Origin: Antedon mediterranea
Taxonomy: Eukaryota > Animalia > Echinodermata
Reading direction: 5' to 3'
DNA: 64,000 nt
Assembly (NCBI RefSeq): GCF_964355755.1
Contig: NC_092673.1
Coordinates: 24,673,648-24,737,647, forward strand
The notes under the pieces were generated by a model that was given only the letters and a program-made list of their open reading frames with translations, searched no databases and was not told the origin of the DNA. Position 1 is the first letter of the stretch, and each line of letters opens with the position of its first letter. The position numbers and the translations under genes are program-made. Below, one piece after another: positions 27,878 to 39,800 of this stretch.

Positions 27878-28876
27878 ATGAATAGTACGGTCCCAGCAGA
27901 CGACGAACCATCATTTTTGTTGACAATTATTATAACTTTCTGCTTGGCGATCATCATAATTTTAACAATATTTGGAAATTGTTTGATCTGTTTAATCCTG
28001 ATCTTAAACGAACCTCTTCGAACATTGCCTAATTCCATTTTAGTATCTTTAAGCGTTGCGGATATTTGTATTGGAATTGTCGTAATGTCTTTATCAGCAG
28101 TGGATATCATTAAGGAACAATGGATATTTGGTAACGTAATGTGCCGTGTGTGGATTTCACTCGATGTTTCGTTTTGTTCAACGAGCATATTCCATTTGTG
28201 TTACATTGCTTTTGATAGATATATGGTTATATGCAGGCCTTTAGATTATGGCAAATGGGTGTTAAGAAAACGTCAGCATTGTGTAACAATCATTTGTTGT
28301 TGGATTGTACCAGCTACTTTTTCAATTCTACCCTTACAACTTGGATGGCACACTTTGGGAATTACAGACGAGATCGTCAACATTGATGCACAACCAAAAC
28401 ACTGCGTCTTTATGGTGAATAAAACATACGCTGTTATTTGTTCAACAGTCGCATTTTACCTGCCAAGTATTTTAATGACTGTCGCATACATACACGTTTA
28501 CAAAGCGGCTACGAGACAAGCAAATGAAATTACAAAACTCGAGCGTAACTTTTCATGCGCAAAAGAACGCACGAAATACAGAACAATCATTCAGTTGGGT
28601 CACTGCGAGAGAAAAGCAACCAAAACTATATCAATTATTATGGGTTGTTTCATCATTCTATGGTTGCCGTTTTTCATACTGAATGTTATCGATCCATTTT
28701 GTAATTATTGTATCAACAAACAAGTATGGTTAGTGGTCACTTGGTTCGGTTACTTAAATTCAATGATAAATCCAATTATTTATATTTCTTTCAATAGACC
28801 CTTTCGTGAAGCTGTTTATAAACTGTTTGGCCTTGCAAAAAAAGCATCAATAAAAGAAACACAAACAGGTGTTTAA
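27878..28876 (+). CDS. HTR4: Class A aminergic GPCR, 5-HT4-like (5-HT4 / beta-octopamine-like group), single coding exon, 332 aa
   Basis: Seven TM segments with GN (TM1), LSVAD (TM2), CRVWISLDV carrying Asp3.32, DRY, WLPFF and NPIIY. CVFMVNKTYAVICSTVAFYLP resembles vertebrate 5-HT4 [21 protein letters not shown], and NVIDPF resembles NIVDPF. Aminergic assignment is secure; the subtype symbol is an inference. Confidence 0.85.
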   Translation: MNSTVPADDEPSFLLTIIITFCLAIIIILTIFGNCLICLILILNEPLRTLPNSILVSLSVADICIGIVVMSLSAVDIIKEQWIFGNVMCRVWISLDVSFCSTSIFHLCYIAFDRYMVICRPLDYGKWVLRKRQHCVTIICCWIVPATFSILPLQLGWHTLGITDEIVNIDAQPKHCVFMVNKTYAVICSTVAFYLPSILMTVAYIHVYKAATRQANEITKLERNFSCAKERTKYRTIIQLGHCERKATKTISIIMGCFIILWLPFFILNVIDPFCNYCINKQVWLVVTWFGYLNSMINPIIYISFNRPFREAVYKLFGLAKKASIKETQTGV

Positions 28877-29317
28877 CAAACGTTTCGCAACGTGTATCAA
28901 CGAGTAACAAACAGTAGCTTAGTACATTAAAACAATTATCCGTCATGTGTAACTTCTTCCAAACATTCCCCATGTTGTTGGCACAGGGAATGTAAGACAC
29001 CACTACAAAGTTATTTTGTGTGCCATCTTCTACTACTGAAACTCATGAAGTAGATTCACGTTCGTGTTCATGTTTTTGCTGGATGTGCAACTAGTAGATG
29101 AAATGCGTTTGGCAATCTTCTCAATCTCTCTCTTATTATAAAAATGCGTTTGACAGTACATGGTACCATATTATCACCACTAACTTTTCATTGGAGCTGC
29201 AGAGTTACAACTTAACATATCTGTCCTATACATGTCGCTCTGTTATCTCGTAATATCATGAGTATCTTTATTCTTTTTAATCATCAATTAATATATGACC
29301 ACGAGATTTGCTTTCTT

Positions 29318-29598
29318 TAACAAATATTGGATCTAAATCCTAGATATTATTTTCATGTCGTCTATCAGATGTTTTCCTAGGTAGGAAAACACATATTGTT
29401 AAGCTCTGTCTACACTATCAAACTTGTTTGACAAAAAAGTGTGATGTGCCCAAGTTTGGTAGTGATATGCTCAAATATGGTACTGATATGACATCATGTC
29501 CATATATGGGGACATCACATAACAAATATTGGATCTAAATCCTAGATATTATTTTCATGTCGTCTATCAGATGTCTTCCTAGGTAGGAAAACACATAT
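29318..29598. repeat. 79-bp direct repeat bracketing a truncated MITE family A copy
   Basis: 29318-29396 and 29520-29598 differ at one base. 29402-29519 is the left part of MITE A, starting AGCTCTGTCTACACTATCAAACT. Confidence 0.9.
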
Positions 29599-30426
29599 CA
29601 TGGTTTATGATTATTGTAGATCAACAAGCTGTTGCAGTCTAGTCAGATGTGGTCAATCATGGATTTCTTTGGATTAATACATACAAGTACTAAATACCTT
29701 ATATTATTATGCCATAACATTACAGATATCAACAACCTGTTGTAACTGCCTGCTGAGTCCAATGAAAGAGGATAATAGTTAATATTATATACTTTGACAA
29801 AACACAAGTATCGGTAAAGCAATAATTAGTATTCCAGTACTAAAATAGGCATTGTTACTATATATATAGAATATATACCATTATCTGACCAACTATAAAA
29901 GTCGTTTGTAAACATTAAATAAACAATATTAAACTACTGTATGCATCACCATGTAATTTATTCATTTATAAAGTATTGTAACTTCTTTTTCCTTGGATTG
30001 CACATGAATTTCTAGTTGATGGTTCCAAAACAAAGTATCTTGAATCAGATAACAAATCATATCATAGCAAATATTCAACATATTTATCATGATTTATAGT
30101 ATTCAGAATATATTACACAACACTTATACTTCTCTTTCATTCATTTTATAATGTTTCCTTTTCCTGGAAAGGTACACCCTTTGTTTCCTGCAAATCTTAG
30201 GGACCATGTCAACATTATTCTACTGCACTTACTACATATTTTTACTGCAGTAACATTAATTTTAGTATTATCAATTTATGAGGCAGTCCCTGCAATATGT
30301 ATGATTACCTAAAATAACATGCTAAATAATCAGGTTAAAGAGTAATCACAATGTAGTTACTGTAGTAACTGCATTGACATAACATGGTCCTTTAGGCTTG
30401 GTTCCTACTTGGGCACAATGTAACTA

Positions 30427-30535
30427 CAGTGGTGGACCAGGATTTAGGGGAGGGGCCCAGGGCCTAAAAGTAGAACTTAATTTGTAAAATTTAGACGAAC
30501 CCGAGCTGACTGGGCCCCGCCTTGAATCCACCCTG
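30427..30535. mobile_element. Small TIR element with 5-bp target duplication, nested in an older MITE (about 30395-30657)
   Basis: AACTA-CAGTGGTGGA ... TCCACCCTG-AACTA. The host begins GGCTTGGTTCC and shares GACCAAT.ACAAGCG..TGATT.GTCAA with the element at 33044-33222. Confidence 0.65.
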
Positions 30536-30882
30536 AACTATGTATGCACAACACAGGTTGACCAATAACAAGCGACAGTTCAGATTGTCAATTGCGCTAT
30601 GATTAGTCAACTTGTGTTGTGCCTACAAAGTTTTCTTGCAACCAAGTAAGAAGCTTTACTTTACTAGTAGTTTATTCATCATGCAAACCTTAACAAAAGA
30701 ATGATAATGTGCATTCTACTCCGCTTAATAACAGAGCATACACTTGATCACTCTTTGAATCTCCACTGATTTTGATTGAAATTAAAACCAAATTACATTT
30801 GAAATTCAAAAATGTTATGAGATAATAAATTTGAAATTGTATTCAACGTTATTATCTAAATTAATATATGCATAATCTGATC

Positions 30883-33800
30883 TCACTTCATTCTTGATAG
30901 TAGATCTGGCATGCCATCAATTTTAAAATCCAACATCATCTGTCCCAGAGCTTTACCCTATAAAATAAACAATTACTGTATTATTATAATGACTTTGCAG
31001 ACATACTGTACATATATCTTTGGATAAAATAAGTCATGAACCAAACACACACAGTTTTATTGATTTTTGGAATGTGTAATGTACATACACAGGCCCAACA
31101 GCTTTATTAGACCATGGAGGTATAAAAAAGTACCTCCATGATTAGACAAATAAAAAATTATCCACCATATACCCACAACCTTTTTTTCACTTGCTAGGTA
31201 GTCACCTTACATGTGATTACATTAGGTTAAACTACCTAATTAGTGAAAAAAAGACTATCAAATATTATATTTAAAATTCATGCCGGTACTTGAGCTTTAA
31301 AGTATCACATTTAGAAACACCATAAACCAATTGGTAAATAACATGTTTACTATGGTTACATGTTCTACTACTAAAAGTTGACTAAAACATTTCAAATGAC
31401 TAAATTACGTAATTTTTTCACTCTTTATCCTTGGCGGCCAGTCACCAATGATTAATGATTGATATATGAATGATTGAAAATAATTGTGAATGACCTTTAT
31501 GATCTCAGGGTTATTTCCAAACAGATTTATTTCTCAATGACACAAAAAACAAAAATAACCAAGTCTTGAACTTGAAAGTTGACTAACCTGTGGATCACTT
31601 CGTAGTGATGCAACACCGCCACCACCAAGGGCGCCCTTTAGCAAGAAATTGAATCCATGGATACCAGGAAGCTCAAATCTAGAAAACGATAATTATCAAA
31701 TAAAGAGAGGGATCTATTTGATAAATTTCAAGATTTTTTGCAATATATGCAGTATTTTAAAATTATTTACATAAGTGTTAATAAAATTGGAATAACTCAA
31801 TGGGTCGTTAAGACTTAAGATTATAAAAAATAGGAATAAGCAAAGAATAATTTCTCAGCTTTTGTTTTTGTTTGTTTGTTTTGTTTGTTTGTTTGTTAAA
31901 AGCACTACAAGTTTCCAATACAAAAATCACGAATTGCTTATTCTTATATAAATTTTTAGACACTCTTGTAACATGAGTATGTCAGCAGAATCAACCTTTG
32001 ACCTATTGGACACCATCATAACATGAATTAATCAGCAATGTATTTCACAGAAAACAGAAATCATAAGAAGGTTAAGTGGATTATTACTAGAAAGCAAAAT
32101 AATAATTTCACAAGTGATGTAATTACAAAGGTCTTCCTTAAAGATTGCCTTGTCCTTGTTTAGATTGGGAATAATTAGCCTGGTTAGATAATGACCTTAA
32201 ATTAAAAAACAACAACTTGATTTTGGACACCTGCTATTCATTCAGCTTGAAAAAGTAAAGTTTAAACTTGACTACTTTATAGTACAGTAAGTACAGTCTT
32301 TCGAGTCAAAAGGCTGAGTGATTTTAGCACTGTAAACCACAGCCAATTATCAGCTGCACAGGTTCAAGTCACTCCTCTGCAATACTGTAAATAGTAACCC
32401 ACTTCTAATAGTAACCCACCTTATAAGTCTATCTATGATAATAACCCACTACTCTAATAGTAACCCATGGGGGTTACAATTAGAGTCACAGAAACTATTG
32501 ACAAAAAGCAATTATGATGCAGCCGTATTTTGAAAATTTGAATTGTAGTGGCTTCGCTGTAGGTGCCTAATGACCATAGAAGGCCTAATCTGAATTCTAA
32601 TCTCAATTGAGGATGAATATTGTCAAACATAAACAAACAAAAAGAAATAAAGCTGAAATTGTTAATAAAAAATAATAATAAATCACAACGTAAATCTCTG
32701 TCTACTTTATGTAACAAAAAAAAAGTGATGTGCCCATATATGGACATGATGTCGTCATATCACTATCATATTTGGGCATATTGCTACCATATTTGGGCAC
32801 ATCACACTTTTTCGTCACATATACTTTGATAGTGTAGACAGAGCTTTATCTAACCTTTGAACTTGGTTGTCAATATCAGATTCAAGAATATGTTCAAAGT
32901 ACTTTTTTACTGCATCTTCTGTGAGTGCCTCACGCAGGTAAGGGACAAAAGCCGGATCACGGGCGATAACACCTGTGAATGAGCAGATGAAAACGGTTTA
33001 TTACAAATACTAGATTCTCAAGGACGTAGTTTTTCTCACCTTAAGCTTGGTTCCCACTAGAACGTAACGCAAGGACGTAAACGCAACGCAAGCGTTTCAA
33101 CCAATGACAAACGAAGTTATAGACAGTTAGCAATCACAAGCGAATAAGCTATCGCTTGTGATTGGTCAATTCACTTGCGTTGCGTTACGTCCTTGCGTTG
33201 CGTCGCTAGTGGGAACCACGCTTTAGAGACAGTCTGCAATGAAATCTATTTGAAACGACACAGCGTTATAAACACACAAGGTTTCTACTAAAAATAGATC
33301 TTGAATGTTATACTGTGTTATATTATATTACCAAGACAAATCAAAGTTCAATCCATTTGAAATTAGGCACTTTGGTTTTACTACTCCATGACATTGTCAC
33401 AATAATCCATTTGGACAAAAGAAAGAAAATAAAGAAAGAAAATAAAGAAAGAATCCACTTGGACAAAGAATGCTAATATGAATAAAGTTCTGTCTACACT
33501 ATCAAACTTTATGTGACAAAAAAATGTGATGTGTCCAAATATAGACATGCTGATTTCATATCACTGCCATATTTGGGAATATCACTAACATATTTGGGCA
33601 CATTACATCTTTTTTGTCAAACTAGTTTGATAGTGTAGACAGAGCTTAGGGTTTAGTTCAGATTTAAAGGTTTGTAAAGTCTTTTTTAAGTACCATGTTT
33701 GAAGTAGATTCGCACAACTTACCAATCATATTTTATTGGTTGGTAGTTTATGTGTAGATAATTAGTATTAAGTAGCGTCAGAGAGCTAATTACATAAGAT

Positions 33801-36800
33801 TAGGGCAAAACATCTGAACAATTAAGTTTATATTACGTAGTTACAATCCAAGTATGATTGCAATTATGATAATTGTAAAATCTGATCTTTAAGCTAATTG
33901 ACCTTAGCCTTCTGGCTTAACTATATTTCCGACCTTAGGCTGAAATTCAGTACAGGCCTACAAATTTTAAATGATTGTAACTAAAGACGGACAAGATGAA
34001 CATAACATTGGTTGATAAGGAATAATTAAATCTTCTACAGAGGTATGTCAATCATGGTGAAGTGTTTTGGTTCTTCAGAAAGTTTGACGCCATAGAGGGC
34101 GCTAATATTACAAATAATCCAAACATAGAGGATGCTATTTAAAAATACAGGGACAGGCACTTTAAAATTTCATTGTGCATAACAGGTTGAAAATGTAACA
34201 ATAACTGCACAGTTTTTCGCCAAAAAAGGGACCTACTGTAGTAGAACCTCATACTAAATTTATGCACTATTGGATGTTGCAATCGAGAAGTTGCACCCTT
34301 AACAGGAGAAGGGGGATCATTCAAAATATTGGAAAACTATCATGATTATTTAGAAACTTGAGTGTTTCTTTATAAATGGGTGTATCCATATTAAATTCAG
34401 TATATGCTACCCATATTTAAATGATAAGGCAACTTTTATAAAACAAATTGGCTTCTCTAGCATAAAACATGTTTACTTAAGAAAATATTGTAAATGAATG
34501 AGTTTAACATAGGCCTATAAATAGTATTTTAACATTTCCTTTTGCAATTTGATGTATTTTTCTCTCGATTTTTCTTTGTTGTTTTATTGTCTTAATTATG
34601 CCAAGCAAAATAATAACATTTCTTGAATACTGTGAAATGTTTTTGTGGGTGTTGGATTCAATCGGATGGATTGTAGTACAGTAGTAATAGTCAGAATGTT
34701 TACCTATATTTGCACTGTCTCCCTTGTCCCCACTTCTTGCATAGGCTAGTTGGCCTAGTGTATAACTAAATGTCCCTGTTTCACATTTACTTTCTGTAGG
34801 AGTTTCTGGGGTTGAATTACTACTTGATGTTGTTCTAGGCTGTTGAATCTCCACGGTTTCTTTGTGATCATCTACTTCAACATTAACCTATTTTAGGGTT
34901 AAAAATTAGTGCCATTGAATAATTAAAGATAATATAGTACGCTTGGACACCATGTTTCATGAGCGATGGATTATTCTACTGTCACTATTCATTGGTCAAC
35001 TCGCTTGCTTATGCTTACGACTTGCGTTGCGTCCAAATGTCAGATTTTCATGAAATCGATGATACAGTGCTCAACAAACTCAGTACCACATAGTTGCCAG
35101 ATAGAAAATATGAATTATGAATTTTTTTATGGTAACAATCGTATTTATTTATTCAACTTTATTTCCTGAGGTGATATCGGTCTTTTCAGAATCATCAATT
35201 TCAGCATGTTAGACAATATTATATATAAAATTGAAAAACCTACCGTAACATTTTCTTTGGGATAAAGGAATGAAAATAACTTGAGCACAGGTGAGCTGAA
35301 ATAAAGACAGTCAGGTAGGTGTCATAAGTTTATTTACTCTAAAACCGAGTATAATTCCATGTCTGAGTATAATTCCATGTCTGAGTGTATCCATAGAGAT
35401 CTCTATGGTGTATCAGTCTATATATTTTTTTTTTTCATTTATTTGGCATCTCAATACATAACATTAAAAATACATCAATAATATATATAATCACCTTAAG
35501 ATGTTATAATGATGTTATGATATAGATACGCATGTTTACTATTATCTTTTTAATAGTGCCCTTTATAGTTAGTTTTAATTTTCAAAATATCGTCTTTTAT
35601 AGTTTGGACCTTCAAAAAAGCTTATTTTTCCTAGTTGGGAGGTTTGCTAGTTAGGTCTATTTGGGAGGTTTGCTAGTTAGGTCTATTTGGGAGGTTTGCT
35701 AGTTAGGTCTATTTGGGAGGTTTTCTAGTTAGGTCTATTTGGGAGGTTTGCTAGTTAGGTCTATTTGGGAGGTTTGCTAGTTAGGTCTATTTGGGAGGTT
35801 TGCTAGTTAGGTCTATTTGAGAGGTTTGCTAGTTAGGTCTATTTGGGAGGTTTGCTAGTTAGGTCTATTTGGGAGGTTTGCTAGTTAAGTCTATTTGGGA
35901 GGTTTGCTAGTTAGGTCTATTTGGGAGGTTTGCTAGTTAGGTCTATTTGGGAGGTTTGCTAGTTAGGTCTATTTGGGAGGTTTGCTAGTTAGGTCTATTT
36001 GGGAGGTTTGCTAGTTAGGTCTATTTGGGAGGTTTGCTAGTTAGGTCTATTTGGGAGGTTTGCTAGTTAGGTCTATTTGGGAGGTTTGCTAGTTAAGTCT
36101 ATTTGGGAGGTTTGCTAGTTAGGTCTATTTGGGAGGTTTGCTAGTTAGGTCTATTTGGGAGGTTTGCTAGTTAGGTCTATTTGGGAGGTTTGCTAGTTAA
36201 GTCTATTTGGGAGGTTTGCTAGTTAGGTCTATTTGGGAGGTTTGCTAGTTAGGTCTATTTGGGAGGTTTGCTAGTTAGGTCTATTTGGGAGGTTTGCTAG
36301 TTAGGTCTATTTGGGAGGTTTGCTAGTTAGGTCTATTTGGGAGGTTTGCTAGTTAGGTCTATTTGGGAGGTTTGCTAGTTAGGTCTATTTGGGAGGTTTG
36401 CTAGTTAGGTCTATTTGGGAGGTTTGCTAGTTAGGTCTATTTGGGAGGTTTGCTAGTTAGGTCTATTTGGGAGGTTTGCTAGTTAGGTCTATTTGGGAGG
36501 TTTGCTAGTTAGGTCTATTTGGGAGGTTTGCTAGTTAGGTCTATTTGGGAGGTTTGCTAGTTAGGTCTATTTGGGAGGTTTGCTAGTTAAGTCTATTTGG
36601 GAGGTTTGCTAGTTAGGTCTATTTGGGAGGTTTGCTAGTTAGGTCTATTTGGGAGGTTTGCTAGTTAGGTCTATTTGGGAGGTTTGCTAGTTAAGTCTAT
36701 TTGGGAGGTTTGCTAGTTAGGTCTATTTGGGAGGTTTGCTAGTTAGGTCTATTTGGGAGGTTTGCTAGTTAGGTCTATTTGGGAGGTTTGCTAGTTAAGT

Positions 36801-39800
36801 CTATTTGGGAGGTTTGCTAGTTAGGTCTATTTGGGAGGTTTGCTAGTTAGGTCTATTTGGGAGGTTTGCTAGTTAGGTCTATTTGGGAGGTTTGCTAGTT
36901 AGGTCTATTTGGGAGGTTTGCTAGTTAGGTCTATTTGGGAGGTTTGCTAGTTAGGTCTATTTGGGAGGTTTGCTAGTTAGGTCTATTTGGGAGGTTTGCT
37001 AGTTAGGTCTATTTGGGAGGTTTGCTAGTTAGGTCTATTTGGGAGGTTTGCTAGTTAGGTCTATTTGGGAGGTTTGCTAGTTAGGTCTATTTGGGAGGTT
37101 TGCTAGTTAGGTCTATTTGGGAGGTTTGCTAGTTAGGTCTATTTGGGAGGTTTGCTAGTTAAGTCTATTTGGGAGGTTTGCTAGTTAGGTCTATTTGGGA
37201 GGTTTGCTAGTTAGGTCTATTTGGGAGGTTTGCTAGTTAGGTCTATTTGGGAGGTTTGCTAGTTAAGTCTATTTGGGAGGTTTGCTTGTTAGGTCTATTT
37301 GGGAGGTTTGCTAGTTAGGTCTATTTGGGAGGTTTGCTAGTTAGGTCTATTTGGGAGGTTTGCTAGTTAGGTCTATTTGCCATTCATAACTTTTGCTGTT
37401 AAATATCTTTTTAATTGTGCCCTCTATAGTTTGATGTAATTTTCGGTTAGAAAAATACCGCCCTCTACATATTTTGGAAATGTTTTCAAAAAACCTCCCG
37501 ATATTTCATTCTTCCTAGTTGGAAGGTCTGCTGCTAGGTAGGCCTATTTGCTATTCATCCCTTTCCCTGCTAGTTTGCACCCTTGAATACCCCCTGACTA
37601 ACGGCGTGAACATTGCAACTTACACTCTTGGCCTTCCTCCGACAATACCAGTCAAACCGGGGCCTGTAAAGTAAAGTAAAGAATCATGATTATTATTTTT
37701 ATTGTGCTTTAAATTTATTATTTTAAATTAATAATGAAAAAAGATACATTTATGATCTTCTACTTCACAACTGTATATAATGATGGTATTAATATTATTT
37801 ACACATTCCAGTTCCAGCTGGTGCGATCTCTCTTGACAGGATCTCTAAGGCTTTCTTTTGTGAGTGTTGAGCTGCCATCCAGATGACAATCTCTCTGGGA
37901 TTTGGCGAGTTACTATGAGGACCATATGACTCTTCAGCGCCAATCATCTGCACAAGAACAAAACATAATATTATCAACAAGAAAAAGTTGAGTTGAGTTT
38001 ATCAATTTCAAACTCTGTGTAGTTATGGTATTAAGCTCTGTCTAGACTATCAAACTAGTGTGATGTGCTGAAATATAGTAATGATATGACATCATCATGT
38101 CCATATATGGGCACATCACATTTTCTTATAACATAAAAGTTTGATAGTGTAGACAGAGCTTAAGCGACATTCCATTTTCAAAAGGTGTCACATGACTATG
38201 CAGCTATTGTGTCTTCAGACACTCTGAGCATGCTCATATTTTTATTTTTTATATGCAGAACTCGACAGCTGCAAGGTGAAGTGCCATTAAAAAAAAACAA
38301 GAGGTTCAAGGGTGCATGTGACAAATTTTGTGTTATTTCTCAAACTCTTTTTATTCTAGGTTCTAGCAACTTTGGTAAACAATCTCTGGATTCATGTTAA
38401 CTCACTTGAGAGGGCCAATATCTAAATGGGGGGAATAACCTGCGACTTGCAGCCTACTAGACTGAATTGTACACAGGTGTGGACGACACATACCACAACT
38501 TTCTACTCCCCTAAGGGTCCTTTCATTGATTTAAATTATTTCACAGTAGGCCTGTGTATCATCTTAGAAATGGGAACTCCATGCATACACTTATATAGTT
38601 AAAAATAAAGATGATAATGAGGTAGCAGGGAGTGGTAAGTTAATTGGTACAGTAGATGTTAGTACTTTAAGAATACCCTTTTTCCCATAAAAGTAACATA
38701 TATATTTGTCAAGTTTTACCTGTACATTTGTTTGAGTGAAATCTTCAAGACCAAGAAACTTGAAAATTTTTCTGACTCTAAAGAAAAAAGGTATTAATTT
38801 ATAAACTATGCTCTGTAAAATGATAATATATACAGTAATTGTATGGGATATGAACCCATGACCTTTAGATCACTAGCCTGGCAATCATACCTCTAGAACA
38901 TCAAGCTTGTGCTGATGGCTAGGGTTACATTCAAGCTCAAGGATGTAACAGGCATTGAACCAACATAATTCTTTAATTCAAGAGAGCAAAGTTATTTGGT
39001 CAGATGTTTTTATTTTATAATACATTCAATTTGATTTACCTTTTCAGAATGCTTTCTGCTGTTCTTCTTCCTTTTTCTGCTGCATTAATTCCTGCGGTAG
39101 GGCATACTGCTGTTACCCTGTAACCATCTGTATAAGTTGCACTAACCTGTAAAATGTAATGTCTACACTGTATATGTGACAAATAAATGTGATGTGCCCA
39201 TATATGGACATTATGCTGTCATATCACTACCATATTTGGGCATATCACTACCATATTTGGGCACATCACACTTTTGTTGTCAAACTAGTTTTATAGTGTA
39301 AACAGAGCTTTAGATAATTATTTTATTTATTTTGACAGCTCTTTTAACCTAAATATTCTCAATAGAATTTAAGGACAAGACAGCATGATTTTGACCTCTG
39401 ACCTATTAACATACAAGTTCAATTCCATACTATTACATCATCTCTCTTTAAAAAAAATGATGTTTCAAATTAAAATTAGATAAATGTCAGAATATATATA
39501 TTAATCCTATTACTGACTCATTGAGTTACAGTGACAGAGTACAGTGAGTTAAGTGACCTTGGTCACTATTCTGACCTATTTTTTATATGCATACATTTTC
39601 TTTTTTGTTGATCCAATTCAGTACGATCATAGAGATATTATAGTTCACTATAATATCTCTATGGTACGATAGATAAGTACAAAAATGGTCATAGAATACC
39701 TTATATTTATCTGATGGTATAGAACCTAGAGCACCTGTCACGGCCACACTTTCACCATCAGTGACCTGGGTCAACTTAACCTGACTGAAATCACACGTAA

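Noticed and set aside
27841-28188. 115-aa antisense ORF
   Set aside because: Shadow ORF on the opposite strand of the GPCR coding sequence.
35635-37379. Long array as a CRISPR locus
   Set aside because: Units are head-to-tail with no unique spacers, there are no cas genes, and it lies in a eukaryotic intron.
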